Positions 19,374-29,061 are shown, counted from the first letter of the stretch. The stretch: 64,000 nucleotides of DNA from an uncultured candidatus Brocadiaceae bacterium (GCA_964572825.1 CAZNGS010000004.1:29158-93157), one strand, 5' to 3'. The notes: generated from the sequence alone by a model not told the origin. A program made the numbers and translations.

Positions 19374-22280
19374 CTATCGCAGCATCAGATACATGGTCTC
19401 CGGGGGAAGTTCCACGCGCATGCGCCCACCGGAGCGGTCCGCCCCCACGTCGCGCACGGGAACACCGTTGATGTCCAGCAGCGTCGCCTTTGAGACCGTG
19501 CGGTTCCGGACCGTCAGGACGGCGCGGGTGTTGACCACCTGCCACGGGTTGGCGCCGACCTGCAGGATGCGCTTGCCCTGCACTTCCTGATCGTTCATGT
19601 GGAAGGTGGCCGGGCGGGCCTTCCAGCCGGTGGGGCGGCAGCGCGTGCCGACCTGCACCAGCAGTCTGCCCGATTCGGCGATGGGTCTGTCGTCCAGCGG
19701 CACGACCACGATGGTGGCGTAGTCATTGCGGCAGCGGATGGTAACGTCGTCCAGCTCGATCTCACCGGCCACTTTGAGGAACCCGGCGGCGGCCTGTGCC
19801 TTCGGTGCGTTCACGGTGTAGATGCCGCGCCTGTAGTCGGTGGTGATCTGGCCGGTCAGGCTCCTGATGGTGCCGCGCTCCTGGTCGATGTAGCGGTCCA
19901 GGTCGGCGATGCGGTTGTTGGCCGGGCTTCCCTCATACCTGACGTGAACCGGCCCGACGAGAAACGCCTTCGGGTCCACGCCGCCCTTGACGCTGGAGTC
20001 CGGGGGAAGGTCGCCGGCATCCCGGTTGGGGTCCCAGGAGCCGCTCCCGGCGATGATGGGGCTCTTGCGGTCCCAGATGTTCTGCAGGCCGCGCTCCTCG
20101 TAGACGGCCGGCCGGTCCGCCTCCGCGACGTAGCCGCGGCGCCACAGGAGGGCCGCGGCCGGGAACTGCCCCATCTGCATGGGCGTGGCGAAGGTCCACT
20201 TGTTGCCGACCGGCTGCCACTCCGGCACGCCCGTGGCGAACCAGTAGAAGCAGTCCACGCCGGTCAGGCATTGCTGGGCGGCGATCATCAGCGGCCCCTC
20301 GCTCTGGTAGCCCAGGGGCGGCACCCACAGGCTCTCGGGAATGATGAACGGATGCCCGACGGCCTGCTTGACGTTCAGCGGGAGCGCCGTGGGGTCGGTG
20401 ATGGCGCTGACCTCGCGGAAGTAGTGGAAGTCCAGAATCTGCCAGCCCCGGTTCACGCCCATGTGGCCGGGGCTGTAGTAGTGGTTCTTGCCGAGGACCT
20501 GGTTGGCCGTGTAGGCCCAGCGCTCGGCGGGATCGACCACCACGGGGTCACAGGTCTTCCAGTTGCCCGCGTTGACGAGCTGCTGGCAGCCCAGATCTTC
20601 GCGCAGATAGTCCCCGATCATCCTGTTGAATTCATACATGGTGCATGCAATGAACTCGAGCTGGTCGGAGAGGCGCCTCTGCAGGCCGGCGTCATCCCCG
20701 TATTGCCCGCGCGCGTCGCGTGTGAAGTACCACACGATGTTGAGGCCGGCCTCTCCGTTGGCGAAGTCGTCGTTTTCGTGCTCGTTGCCGCCCCATGCGG
20801 CGCGGGCTTTCTCCAGGGATCCGTACTTCTCCTCCAGCCAGTCGGCGTAGCGCTGCCGCAGGTGGCGTCGGGCCTCGCCCTTTACCCGCTGCATGGTGTA
20901 GAACAGCATGCTGTCTTCGTTCTGCAACTGGATGATTGCCACGGCCGGATCGTCGGCCAGGCGGGTGCCGGTATAAGGGTTGACGCGGTCGAACAGGGCC
21001 TTCAGCCACGCCTTGTAGCCCTCCTGGACGGCCGGCTCCCAGAAGACCATCGCCGTCAGCCGGCCGGTGCCGGAGTCGGGGATGTCCCAGCCCGGCTGGA
21101 CGCTGGTGTGGCTCATCCAGCAGGGGGAGAGGGTCGAGTAGATGCCCTCCTCTTTCATGGCAGCCACCATGCGCCACGCCTGCTGGAGAGCGTCCTCGTC
21201 CACGTCGGTTATCTCCGAGTCCTTCTCCTTGGGCGGCAGGTCGCCGTGCCAGCGCACCATGTTGACGCCACGCTTGGCCAGGAAGCGGGCGTGATGCCGC
21301 AGGTCCTGCCACGCCTGCTGGCGTGCCCCCTCCGCCTCCCGCTCGTGGGATTCGGCCCTCGCGGTGTCACCCCTCTCGCGCGCCCGTTTTGCTCGCTGCA
21401 GCGCCCGGTCGACCGACCTCCAGGCGTTGCGCTGCACGTAGGTGGAGCCGCCCCAGAAACGGATGGGCTGTCCGTCGCCGCGCACGAAGTGAAGGCCGTC
21501 CTCGTTGCGGCGGATGAAGCCGTGCTCGCCGGCCACTTCCTCGTTCAAGGAGCGCAGGTCGAAAGCCGCCTGCCGGCTGAAGGTGTCCCGCTCCGGTTCC
21601 CAGGCCCAGGTCTCGCTTTCGGGGTATTGAATGACGTTCTCCCAGCTTTCGCCGGGCTTGAATTTGTAGTGCGGGCTGAACTGGCCCCGCGCCAGCACGA
21701 AACAATCGATGGAGCTGAAGCGCTTTTCCTCCTCCTTGTTGCCCAGCAGGAATTCGAAGGTATGAGTGCCTTCGGAGAGGTGAACCGTCCCCAGGTCGAA
21801 CCAGGCCAGGAAGCGGGCATCCCAGCCGGCAGCGACGCTGATCTCCTGTACGAGGCGGGGCTGGAAATCTTCGCCCCGGCGGTGCTCCCTGATCTCCCGT
21901 TTCATCTCATCGATGGGCACCGGCTGCCACTCGCCGCCGTCGATGCGGTAGCTCAGCCCGGTGCCGCGCGGGTTGCCGCGCAGCCAGAAGTGGTAGCTGC
22001 CGCTCTGCGGGACCTGGACCCTGTAGAGGGCCGTGCCCGTGTCCATGTGGGGTTCGCTGAAGCTGGCCAGCCACTTTCCGCCGGAGAGGGTATCCTCGTC
22101 CACCGTCTCGAACCACGGGTTGTGGAACACCTGCTTCTGATCGGCATCTTCCGCCTCGATCCAGATAAGCTCTTGCGCCCCGGACGCTGCGGCGGTTCCC
22201 GGCGACAGCAGGGCGATCGACAGCCAGCAGACGACAGTTGCTTTTGCCCACATTCTCCGGCTCTCCCGGTTTCCAGTCAT
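19374..22280 (-). CDS. secreted glycoside-hydrolase-like protein (N-terminal carbohydrate-binding-like domain plus a putative clan GH-A TIM barrel); the family assignment is tentative
   Basis: Signal peptide (MWAKATVVCWLSIALLSPGTAAASG), and TIM-barrel-like segments (GVNMVRWHG, AIIQLQNEDSMLFY with an N-E pair). The alternative start is ATG 22253. Confidence 0.6.
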   Translation of the reverse strand: MTGNRESRRMWAKATVVCWLSIALLSPGTAAASGAQELIWIEAEDADQKQVFHNPWFETVDEDTLSGGKWLASFSEPHMDTGTALYRVQVPQSGSYHFWLRGNPRGTGLSYRIDGGEWQPVPIDEMKREIREHRRGEDFQPRLVQEISVAAGWDARFLAWFDLGTVHLSEGTHTFEFLLGNKEEEKRFSSIDCFVLARGQFSPHYKFKPGESWENVIQYPESETWAWEPERDTFSRQAAFDLRSLNEEVAGEHGFIRRNEDGLHFVRGDGQPIRFWGGSTYVQRNAWRSVDRALQRAKRARERGDTARAESHEREAEGARQQAWQDLRHHARFLAKRGVNMVRWHGDLPPKEKDSEITDVDEDALQQAWRMVAAMKEEGIYSTLSPCWMSHTSVQPGWDIPDSGTGRLTAMVFWEPAVQEGYKAWLKALFDRVNPYTGTRLADDPAVAIIQLQNEDSMLFYTMQRVKGEARRHLRQRYADWLEEKYGSLEKARAAWGGNEHENDDFANGEAGLNIVWYFTRDARGQYGDDAGLQRRLSDQLEFIACTMYEFNRMIGDYLREDLGCQQLVNAGNWKTCDPVVVDPAERWAYTANQVLGKNHYYSPGHMGVNRGWQILDFHYFREVSAITDPTALPLNVKQAVGHPFIIPESLWVPPLGYQSEGPLMIAAQQCLTGVDCFYWFATGVPEWQPVGNKWTFATPMQMGQFPAAALLWRRGYVAEADRPAVYEERGLQNIWDRKSPIIAGSGSWDPNRDAGDLPPDSSVKGGVDPKAFLVGPVHVRYEGSPANNRIADLDRYIDQERGTIRSLTGQITTDYRRGIYTVNAPKAQAAAGFLKVAGEIELDDVTIRCRNDYATIVVVPLDDRPIAESGRLLVQVGTRCRPTGWKARPATFHMNDQEVQGKRILQVGANPWQVVNTRAVLTVRNRTVSKATLLDINGVPVRDVGADRSGGRMRVELPPETMYLMLR

Positions 22281-22333
22281 CGGTTACTACCGCAGGCTAT
22301 CACACAGGTGCGGCCCAATCCACTGAAGAGCGC

Positions 22334-23374
22334 TCACGCGATAAGTATCCTTTCTCCTTCGGAGCGCAGGCCCGCCTCGTAGACCTGCATCACGTTGAGG
22401 GCAAACTCAAATGTGCCCGTCTCGGGCGGGCTGCCCTGCAGAACGCAGTCGCAGAAATGGCGCATCTCGTTATAGAAGCCCTGGATGAACAGCGCCTTGT
22501 TCTCCAGGCTGGCGTAGGTGTGACGGGATTCCCACACGACCGAACCGTGGTCGGTCCCTTCGGGGGCGAAGCTCGTGCTGACGCCGTACCGGAACGGTAC
22601 GCGGCGATGCCAGGTGACCTTTCGGGCGTTTTCCACCACCAGGTGTGCGCCCTCCGCGAAGAAGCTGTAGCGCTCGCAGGGGCCCTCCATGCCCTCCGCC
22701 AGGTGCAGGTTGGCCACGGCGCCGCTCTCGAACTCCAGAACGCAGACGCCGCCGCCCCGCGCGCCGCGGTGCATCGTGACCGCGGCCACCGGGCCTCCGA
22801 CGGACATCATGGCGGAGAGCGGATGCACGCCGTTGGCCAGCCAGTCGTTGCTCTCCCGTGCGGCCAGCGCCGCCGGCCCGTCCTCCGGCAGGCGCACGGG
22901 GTACTCGCCCAGGATGGTCATCAGCGGTCCTGACACCTGCAGGGCGAGGACCTCCCGCACCTTGCACATGGCGGGCATGAAGGCCTTCTTGAACCCCACC
23001 ACCCCGACCAGGTCGCCCCGGTGCTCGATCATCTGTTCTATCTCAGCGGCCGACATGGCCGGCGGTTTCTCCACCCACACGTGCACGCCGGTATCCAGCG
23101 CCAGGCACGCGAGCTCCGCGTGCAGTTGCGGCGAGACGCCGATGAAGGCGGCGTCGAGGTCCTGCTCGGCGTACATGGCGGCGGCATCGGTGTAGGTGGC
23201 TTTGACCCCGTACCGGGCCGCCGCGGCCCGGAGCGCCTCCTCGTCCACGTCGCACATGGCGCACAGGTTGACCGGCAGGAACTGCATCGTCGGCAGCAGC
23301 GTGCGGCGGCAGTGCGCCCCCACACCGACCGCGGCGACGTTCAGCCTCTGGTCGAACTCGTCCTCGCAGTTCAT
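22334..23374 (-). CDS. Gfo/Idh/MocA family oxidoreductase
   Basis: N-terminal Rossmann segment ([18 protein letters not shown]), the EKP motif ([15 protein letters not shown]), and a C-terminal alpha/beta domain. The start is chosen at ATG 23374. Confidence 0.8.
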   Translation of the reverse strand: MNCEDEFDQRLNVAAVGVGAHCRRTLLPTMQFLPVNLCAMCDVDEEALRAAAARYGVKATYTDAAAMYAEQDLDAAFIGVSPQLHAELACLALDTGVHVWVEKPPAMSAAEIEQMIEHRGDLVGVVGFKKAFMPAMCKVREVLALQVSGPLMTILGEYPVRLPEDGPAALAARESNDWLANGVHPLSAMMSVGGPVAAVTMHRGARGGGVCVLEFESGAVANLHLAEGMEGPCERYSFFAEGAHLVVENARKVTWHRRVPFRYGVSTSFAPEGTDHGSVVWESRHTYASLENKALFIQGFYNEMRHFCDCVLQGSPPETGTFEFALNVMQVYEAGLRSEGERILIA

Positions 23375-23562
23375 AGGCGGCTCCGTTCTCGCGACCGCGC
23401 CCTCCAGAAAGGGTACACCCTGGCGGTGCGTTTTCAATGAAATCCGGCGGGACGGGTCGGCGACGCTTGCAGTGGCCGGCGCAATCAGGTAATTCGTGGC
23501 TCTGCCGGGCTTCAGTCAAGCGGAGAAAGGGTGCGGTGAGCAGGGCAGGGCGAGGCGGCATA

Positions 23563-26373
23563 ATGGCAGTTCTGATGCTCGGGATGTTCGTCTCGCCTTC
23601 TGTGGTCTCGGTCCACGGTGATTCGACGGAGCTCAACGCGATGAAAGCAGAGACGGGTACGGCAGATGCGACCGGCCGGGCTTACCTCCCGGTGAAGGGC
23701 AGTGCGTGGCGGCTGGCGGTGGCGGACCTGGACGGAGACGGCGTCAAGGAGCTGATATACGGCACCTACGGCGGCGCTGTGCGATGCCAGTCAACGGCCT
23801 CCGCAGAACTGCTCTGGGAACGAGACCTGGGTGTGTTCCCCTTTGCGCTTGCCGTTGCGGATGCGGATGGGGACGGCCGCCCGGAGGTGTACGCCGCGAC
23901 TGCGGACGGCGCACTCCACGCCTTCAACGCCGACGGTTTGAAGTCCTGGGCCTTCTGCTCCCCGCTCCCGCTCTACGACGTGGCAGTTGCCCGGCTGCGG
24001 CCCGGCACGGAGCGCCAGATCGTCTGTGGAGGCATCGATCGAAAGGTTTGCGTGCTTTCGGCACGGGGCGAAGTGATTGCCGAGCACGAGGTGGACTGGC
24101 TGGTCCACCGGCTGGCAGCGGGTGACCTGGACGGCGACGGGCTGGACGAGCTCTTCGTGGTGGACGGCCGGCATTTCGCCGAATGCCTCAAGTTGGAGAA
24201 CGGAGGGCTTCGCAGCCTCTGGCGGCAGGATATCAGAGTTCCGGAGGAGATGCGCAACTGGGAGAACCCCGGTGCCCGCTTCTTCGCCTTCTCCGCCGAA
24301 ACGGCCGACCTGGACGGCGACGGCCGCGACGAGATCGTCATGGGCGACACGTTCTTCAACAAGCAGGCCGTCATGGCCCTCTCCGGCGACGGGGAGGTGC
24401 TGTGGATATCCGAGCCTCAGGGCGCGTGGCGCTACCGAGGAGAGACGTACAGCGAGTTCTACAGCACTGCCTTCGTTGCGACCGCCGACATACTGCCACA
24501 CAGGCCGGGGCGCGAGGTCGTGGCGGTGGCGGGGGGCCTGGTGCGGCTGTTCGACAACCGCGGGGAGCTGATCGACGAGGCCAATGCCCGCGTTGGCTTT
24601 ACGGACGTGGTGCTCGACGGGACCATGGTGTACCTCGGCTCTTCGCCCAACGGGGATGACACGGTCTACCGCGTGGACCTGGCCGGCGACTGGCCGGAAG
24701 CGGTCCGGAGTATTCGCCGACAGGGCCGGGCCAGGGCCATCGGAGAGAACCTGGCTGAGCTGCGCCGCCGGGTGCTGACATACGGCGGCGCCGCCCGGCG
24801 GACCGGACTGACCTACCGCGTGCGGACGCTGCGCATCCGCCCCAGAAAAGGGGCCTACCAGCGCTACCGGAAGCAACTGGAGTGGCTCCGAAGGCGATTC
24901 CCGTACGACAATCTGAGCTACCTCGCCGGCATGAAGGTGATCGAGCCGCAGCCACCTCTGGACGAGAACGGCGAGCCATGGTCCATGCGACGCTGGCGGA
25001 CCGACTCGATCAACGGCACCATGACGGTGGACGAGATCGTGGGCGCCGCGCGCTGGATCGAGGAGCACCGGGTGCCCACCGTCTTCACCATCGGCCATTC
25101 CTGCATGCCGTTCATCACCCTGGAGACGGCCCAGAAGATGCTGCGGGCGGCGCCCGATTACCTGGTTGGATTCCTGAGCGCTGAGGACGAGCAGGTGCAG
25201 GAGCGGCTGCCCCGGTACTTGAAGCACTATTTCGGCCCTCTGGCCGACCTGTGCGTCGAGCACGGCGGCAAGCCGTGCATGACCAAGAACAAGAACGTGT
25301 GGTGGATGTCCGCGCCCGCCATTGGTTCCTGTTACGAAGCGCTGTTCGGCGGCCGACGGCAGGAGGTTCTGGTGCCCGTGGTGGAGGACTCCAACTCGCG
25401 AACCCCGGAGATCAACCTGCTGGCACGATGCGGGCTGCGCCAGGCCGGCCTGGTGGAGCGGTTCCAGGCGTCCATCATCTCCGACCTTTTTTCCTTCTGC
25501 CGGTTTCACCAGTGGGAGTATCCCAAGCACGGCCACCCCTATCTGCGCCTGCTGGTGGCGCACACGCTGCTGGGCGCGGCCGATTACGAGTTCCGCATCA
25601 TGCACCTGCGGGCCGCCGGTGACTCGTTCGAATTCACCAATATGGGGCGGGAGTCCACCGAGATATTCCTTCACATGCTGGGCAAAGGGCTCGTCTTCAC
25701 GCCGCGCCCCGAGCAGATAGCTTCCGTTTCGCCGATCGGTTTCGCGGTCCACCGCCCGCCGGAGAAATGGCTTGCCGACGGCCACAACGGGCACCGGCCC
25801 TGGCTGTGGGAAGACGATCCAGAGTTGCACAACGCGGTCATTCCCCACAATGGTTGCCTGTGGGGCAATACGCCCACGCCGGAGCACGCCCTCCAGCGGG
25901 TGCTGCTGGGCAAGGAGCGGCAGTTCGGCTACCACGTGCCGCCGACACCCTGCGGAGTGCCCGTGTTCGTCCCCGAGCACGCCGACCTGGATGCGGTCGT
26001 CGGTGTCGAGGAGTGGTGGCACACGGACGGCATCTACATCTGGCGCGAGGGGGGCGAGAAGCTTACGGGACAGGAGGCCGCGCGTGCGCTGGAGGACTCA
26101 TTCGTGCGCGCCGCCCGGCGGCTGCCGTTCCGGGCGGAGGGGAGAGTGTTCTTCGTGGCGCTGCGGATGGGGGAGGGCGCCTATCGGCTCTACGCCATAG
26201 ACCCCGGCTGGCTGGACCCCAGGGTGCGGCAGGCAACGGTTTATATCCAGGCAGAGGGAGAGTACCAGGTAAGAGACCTCCTGACCGGCGAAGAAATCCC
26301 CGCAAACGAAAGCCGCTTCGAAGTTGAAGTTCCGTCAGGTTCGTTGCGCATCCTGACCGCCGAACGCAAATAG
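23563..26373 (+). CDS. large secreted protein: N-terminal FG-GAP/VCBS-like repeats plus an uncharacterised C-terminal region
   Basis: Signal-like N-terminus (MAVLMLGMFVSPSVVSVHG). Repeated calcium-site-like motifs: VADLDGDGVKEL, VADADGDGRPEV, AGDLDGDGLDEL, TADLDGDGRDEI. I do not recognise the remaining ~550 aa. Confidence 0.7.
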   Translation: MAVLMLGMFVSPSVVSVHGDSTELNAMKAETGTADATGRAYLPVKGSAWRLAVADLDGDGVKELIYGTYGGAVRCQSTASAELLWERDLGVFPFALAVADADGDGRPEVYAATADGALHAFNADGLKSWAFCSPLPLYDVAVARLRPGTERQIVCGGIDRKVCVLSARGEVIAEHEVDWLVHRLAAGDLDGDGLDELFVVDGRHFAECLKLENGGLRSLWRQDIRVPEEMRNWENPGARFFAFSAETADLDGDGRDEIVMGDTFFNKQAVMALSGDGEVLWISEPQGAWRYRGETYSEFYSTAFVATADILPHRPGREVVAVAGGLVRLFDNRGELIDEANARVGFTDVVLDGTMVYLGSSPNGDDTVYRVDLAGDWPEAVRSIRRQGRARAIGENLAELRRRVLTYGGAARRTGLTYRVRTLRIRPRKGAYQRYRKQLEWLRRRFPYDNLSYLAGMKVIEPQPPLDENGEPWSMRRWRTDSINGTMTVDEIVGAARWIEEHRVPTVFTIGHSCMPFITLETAQKMLRAAPDYLVGFLSAEDEQVQERLPRYLKHYFGPLADLCVEHGGKPCMTKNKNVWWMSAPAIGSCYEALFGGRRQEVLVPVVEDSNSRTPEINLLARCGLRQAGLVERFQASIISDLFSFCRFHQWEYPKHGHPYLRLLVAHTLLGAADYEFRIMHLRAAGDSFEFTNMGRESTEIFLHMLGKGLVFTPRPEQIASVSPIGFAVHRPPEKWLADGHNGHRPWLWEDDPELHNAVIPHNGCLWGNTPTPEHALQRVLLGKERQFGYHVPPTPCGVPVFVPEHADLDAVVGVEEWWHTDGIYIWREGGEKLTGQEAARALEDSFVRAARRLPFRAEGRVFFVALRMGEGAYRLYAIDPGWLDPRVRQATVYIQAEGEYQVRDLLTGEEIPANESRFEVEVPSGSLRILTAERK

Positions 26374-26381
26374 CCGGCGAC

Positions 26382-26430
26382 CGGTTACTCGTTACCTGTT
26401 ATCTGTCACTGTTTACTCGCAACTGCCAAC
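26382..26430. repeat. degenerate heptanucleotide tandem array (7 units)
   Basis: cggttac tcgttac ctgttat ctgtcac tgtttac tcgcaac tgccaac. The consensus is YNGTTAC on the plus strand (GTAACNR on the minus strand), starting a few nt after the stop at 26373. Confidence 0.5.
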
Positions 26431-26472
26431 GGCCGTTTCGCTGCCGTTGGAGGGACGCGCTCCGTCGCGTCC
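26427..26472 (+). terminator. two tandem GC-rich stem-loops downstream of the FG-GAP gene (no T-tract)
   Basis: CAACGGC-cgtttcgct-GCCGTTG (26427-26449) and GGACGCG-ctccgt-CGCGTCC (26453-26472), each with a 7-bp perfect stem. Confidence 0.3.
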
Positions 26473-26604
26473 GCCGTCGTCGTTGCCGTACCTCCCGCCT
26501 CCAGCCTGATAGCCTTCCGTCCCGGCTCACGTTGATTTCCGTTCCCCGTCTCGCCATAATAACCCGGTAGTTCTGCGGTTCCCTCGTATGCTGCGGAGGC
26601 CGAT

Positions 26605-26886
26605 ATGGACCCCAGGCTGAAAGAACAGATACAGCGGGCGGGTGCGGTTTTGAAGGCTGCGGGAGCGCGGGAGGTTTACGTCTTCGGTTCCGCCGCGGCC
26701 GATAGCCTGCACGAAAGTTCGGACGTGGACCTCCCCGTTTCCGGCCTTCCTCCGGGACGCTTCTTCGAGGCGATGAGCAAAGCCCAAGATGCCCTGGGCC
26801 GCCCGCTGGACCTCATAGATCTCGACGATGCCGGTCCCTTCACAGACTACCTCAAAGAGGAAGGCGAGCTGCAGCGTGTGGGATAG
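26605..26886 (+). CDS. MntA-type minimal nucleotidyltransferase (antitoxin of HepT/MntA type VII TA pairs)
   Basis: 93 aa with the NTase signature FGSAAADSLHESSDVDL (GS-x10-DxD). An RBS GGAGG lies 7 nt upstream of the ATG. Confidence 0.8.
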   Translation: MDPRLKEQIQRAGAVLKAAGAREVYVFGSAAADSLHESSDVDLPVSGLPPGRFFEAMSKAQDALGRPLDLIDLDDAGPFTDYLKEEGELQRVG

Positions 26887-27123
26887 ACTGCGCAAGCAAA
26901 TCGCCGTCGAGCGGCGGCAATTGCGCGAGTTACTCGCCACCCATCGGCGCTTGAGGAGATTCTCCAGCTCTACCTTGCGTTCCGGCACGTTTTCCATCAG
27001 GCGTACCCCTTCCAGCGCAAGTGGACCAAAACGTCGGAACTGGTCCTGAAGTGCCAGGCCACCTTCGAGCGCCTGGAACGAGAGCTGGATCGTTTCCTCG
27101 CCGCGTTGCCACCGCCACAATAA
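26876..27123 (+). pseudogene. decayed HepT/HEPN-like toxin remnant (internal deletion plus frameshift)
   Basis: A GTG at 26876 overlaps the mntA stop and gives VWDRLRKQIAVERRQLRELLATHRRL before degenerating. The other frame has no start codon but reads LEEILQLYLAFRHVFHQAYPFQRKWTKTSELVLKCQATFERLERELDRFLAALPPPQ* and ends at 27123. The span is 248 nt (not a multiple of 3) and much shorter than typical partners. The HEPN motif is altered (RHVFHQAY instead of Rx4HxY). Confidence 0.45.
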
Positions 27124-27288
27124 CGTCACTGCTCCGAGCCATCGGTGCGGAGCAACTGCGTGGTCCCACACGCATCTCGTCCTGCTTACCCGCGAGCGAC
27201 ACGAAAAAGGCGACGGAGCGTCACGCCCGCTATTGTTATCCGTCGCCCTGAAAGGGCGCAACAAACGGCAGAAAGCCAACGTTGATGC

Positions 27289-27585
27289 TCACACCACGAT
27301 CAGCAAAGATCCCACCCCGAAAAGGGCCAGGATGACGGCGATAGTCCGGCTCGGAGCCTTCCCGTAGAATACCGCGTGTAACGCGAGCAGGAACCCCACC
27401 AGCACGACCAAGAAACCAGGCACCCCAAACCATGCCGGAACGGCATGTCCCCAATGCTCCGGGTTGCCCACACCGGCCGCCTCGAGAGCACCCGCTGAGC
27501 ATCTGCCCAGCCAAAGCCACCGCGCAACGATCCCCACCACCGAGAACCCTATGCTGACCATTGCCGAAGTCCGGGATAACGTCAT
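27289..27585 (-). CDS. small hydrophobic membrane protein (hypothetical)
   Basis: Three predicted TM stretches (MVSIGFSVVGIVARWLWL, VPAWFGVPGFLVVLVGFLLALHAVFY, IAVILALFGVGSLLIVV). The start is uncertain: ATG 27585 or 27561, while the track uses an upstream TTG. Confidence 0.4.
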   Translation of the reverse strand: MTLSRTSAMVSIGFSVVGIVARWLWLGRCSAGALEAAGVGNPEHWGHAVPAWFGVPGFLVVLVGFLLALHAVFYGKAPSRTIAVILALFGVGSLLIVV

Positions 27586-27931
27586 CGTGCGGTTCACGTG
27601 TCTCAAGAAGCTGCCGTGGCAAGGTTGCAGGCGCAGAGTAGATCGACTCCGGGTCTAAGCACTGTACTGCACCCCGTTTTTTAGACACGAAAATCGGTCG
27701 AGTTATTCGACGACAGGTTTTCTGAGGCATCTGGGGCGTCGACGAGATGAGGGGCGCGAGGGCAGTCCGTGAGGGCCGCCCCCGCTGGGACTTCTCGTCG
27801 CTTGCCCGGCCGGCTATCTGCCTGTGCGTCTCCGCACGCAGACAGGTCCCTGGCGAGGTGCTCCTCAGCAGAGCTCGCTTCCATTTCACCGGCCGCAAGG
27901 ATTATGCTCTGCGGGGTGAGCTGGGTCAAGG

Positions 27932-28762
27932 TTATTCCTCCGCGTTCTGTCGCTCGTAGTAGGCCGCTTCGAATTGCGCCGGCGTCAGGTAGCCCAGCGA
28001 CGAGTGAATGCGCTTGTGATTGTAGACGTCTTCCAGGAATGGGCCGATGCGCCGCAGCGCGTCGGCGTAGTCGATATACTCCTCCAGCTCGATGCATTCC
28101 TCCTTGATCGTCCGGATCGCCCGCTCGGCGTACCCGTTCTGCCAGGCCTCGCCTACCTGGGCCATGCTGATCTGGACGCTATCGGGCAGGGCATCGATAT
28201 AGTCCTCGCACGCATATTGCACACCCTGGTCGGAGTGATGGATCTGGGGCGTGCCGCCCCCCAGCGCTTTGCGCAGCGCCCCGAGCGTGAGCGATGCATC
28301 GAGCCCGCGCGCCAGATTCCAGCCGCGCAGCCGGCGGGTGTAGACGTCCATCAGAATCGCCAGATACAGCTCCTCCAGCCGCACGCGCACATACGTGATA
28401 TCTGCCACCCAGACCTGCTCTGGGCAGCATATCGTAAGGTTCTCGATAAGATTCGGCCAGCGCGGGAACGGGTGGTCGCTGTCGGTCGTGCGCACCTTGC
28501 GCTTGGGCCGACGTTCGGTCAGGCCCATCTGGCGCATCAGTCTCAGCACCCGCTTGTGGTTGGCCTGGTGTCCCTGGCGCCTGAGCTGAGCACTCACGCG
28601 TCGGTAGCCGTAGGTCGGCCACTTTTCGATGACTCCTGTGATGGCTGCCTTCAGCGCCTCGTCGTTCTGGGGCTCCGGCTCGTAGTAGACGCTGCTGCGG
28701 TTGGACGCGAACGTCTCGCAGAGCAGTTTCAGGGGGTAGTGCGTGCGCATCTGCTTCACCAC
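27932..28762 (-). CDS. IS3-family transposase OrfB (DDE/rve integrase core), expected to be made as an OrfAB fusion by -1 frameshifting
   Basis: YGYRRVSAQLRRQGHQANHKRVLRLMRQMGL, VWVADITYV (D), HHSDQGVQY (D), AYAERAIRTIKEE (E). It lies in the -1 frame relative to orfA downstream of the A8 run. Confidence 0.9.
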   Translation of the reverse strand: MVKQMRTHYPLKLLCETFASNRSSVYYEPEPQNDEALKAAITGVIEKWPTYGYRRVSAQLRRQGHQANHKRVLRLMRQMGLTERRPKRKVRTTDSDHPFPRWPNLIENLTICCPEQVWVADITYVRVRLEELYLAILMDVYTRRLRGWNLARGLDASLTLGALRKALGGGTPQIHHSDQGVQYACEDYIDALPDSVQISMAQVGEAWQNGYAERAIRTIKEECIELEEYIDYADALRRIGPFLEDVYNHKRIHSSLGYLTPAQFEAAYYERQNAEE

Positions 28763-29061
28763 CTCCCTTCCCTGGCGGGCGGAGAGTTCAGAAGCGTCGA
28801 TGCTTTTTTTTGGATCTCCACTTGCATCGTCAGGCGGCCGACCATACGCTCCAGCTCGGCGATGCGCTCTTTGAACTCCTGCTGCTGGCCGCCGCCGAAG
28901 GCGAGGTGGGCGTTCACCTCAAGCTCCTTTCGCCACCGGCTGAGCTGGGCTGCGGTGAGGTGGTGGGCCTTGCAAATTTCGGCCTGCGTCTGGGTGCCAG
29001 TGAGGATGGCAAGCGCCAGGCGTGCCTTGAACTCGGGTGTGAACTTGCGTCGCTTGGACAT
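28756..29061 (-). CDS. IS3-family transposase OrfA (HTH)
   Basis: MSKRRKFTPEFKARLALAILTGTQTQAEICKAHHLTAAQLSRWRKEL..., with a leucine-zipper-like tail. It ends just after the slippery site. Confidence 0.9.
   Translation of the reverse strand: MSKRRKFTPEFKARLALAILTGTQTQAEICKAHHLTAAQLSRWRKELEVNAHLAFGGGQQQEFKERIAELERMVGRLTMQVEIQKKASTLLNSPPAREGRW
28804..28811 (-). other. programmed -1 ribosomal frameshift slippery run (A AAA AAA G) of the IS3 element
   Basis: Eight consecutive T on the plus strand (A8 on the coding strand) lie in the orfA/orfB overlap. A -1 shift continues as KSIDASELSARQGREVVKQMRTHYP..., joining OrfB. Confidence 0.75.

Noticed and set aside
19599-22382. A 927-aa plus-strand ORF.
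   Set aside because: It is antisense to the signal-peptide-bearing GH-like gene and has shadow-ORF composition.
23791-26022. A 743-aa minus-strand ORF.
   Set aside because: It is antisense to the FG-GAP protein gene, whose DxDGDG repeats identify the true strand.
26527-27279. A 250-aa minus-strand ORF spanning the MntA/HepT region.
   Set aside because: It is antisense to the clear NTase gene, shows no motifs, and crosses an intergenic hairpin.
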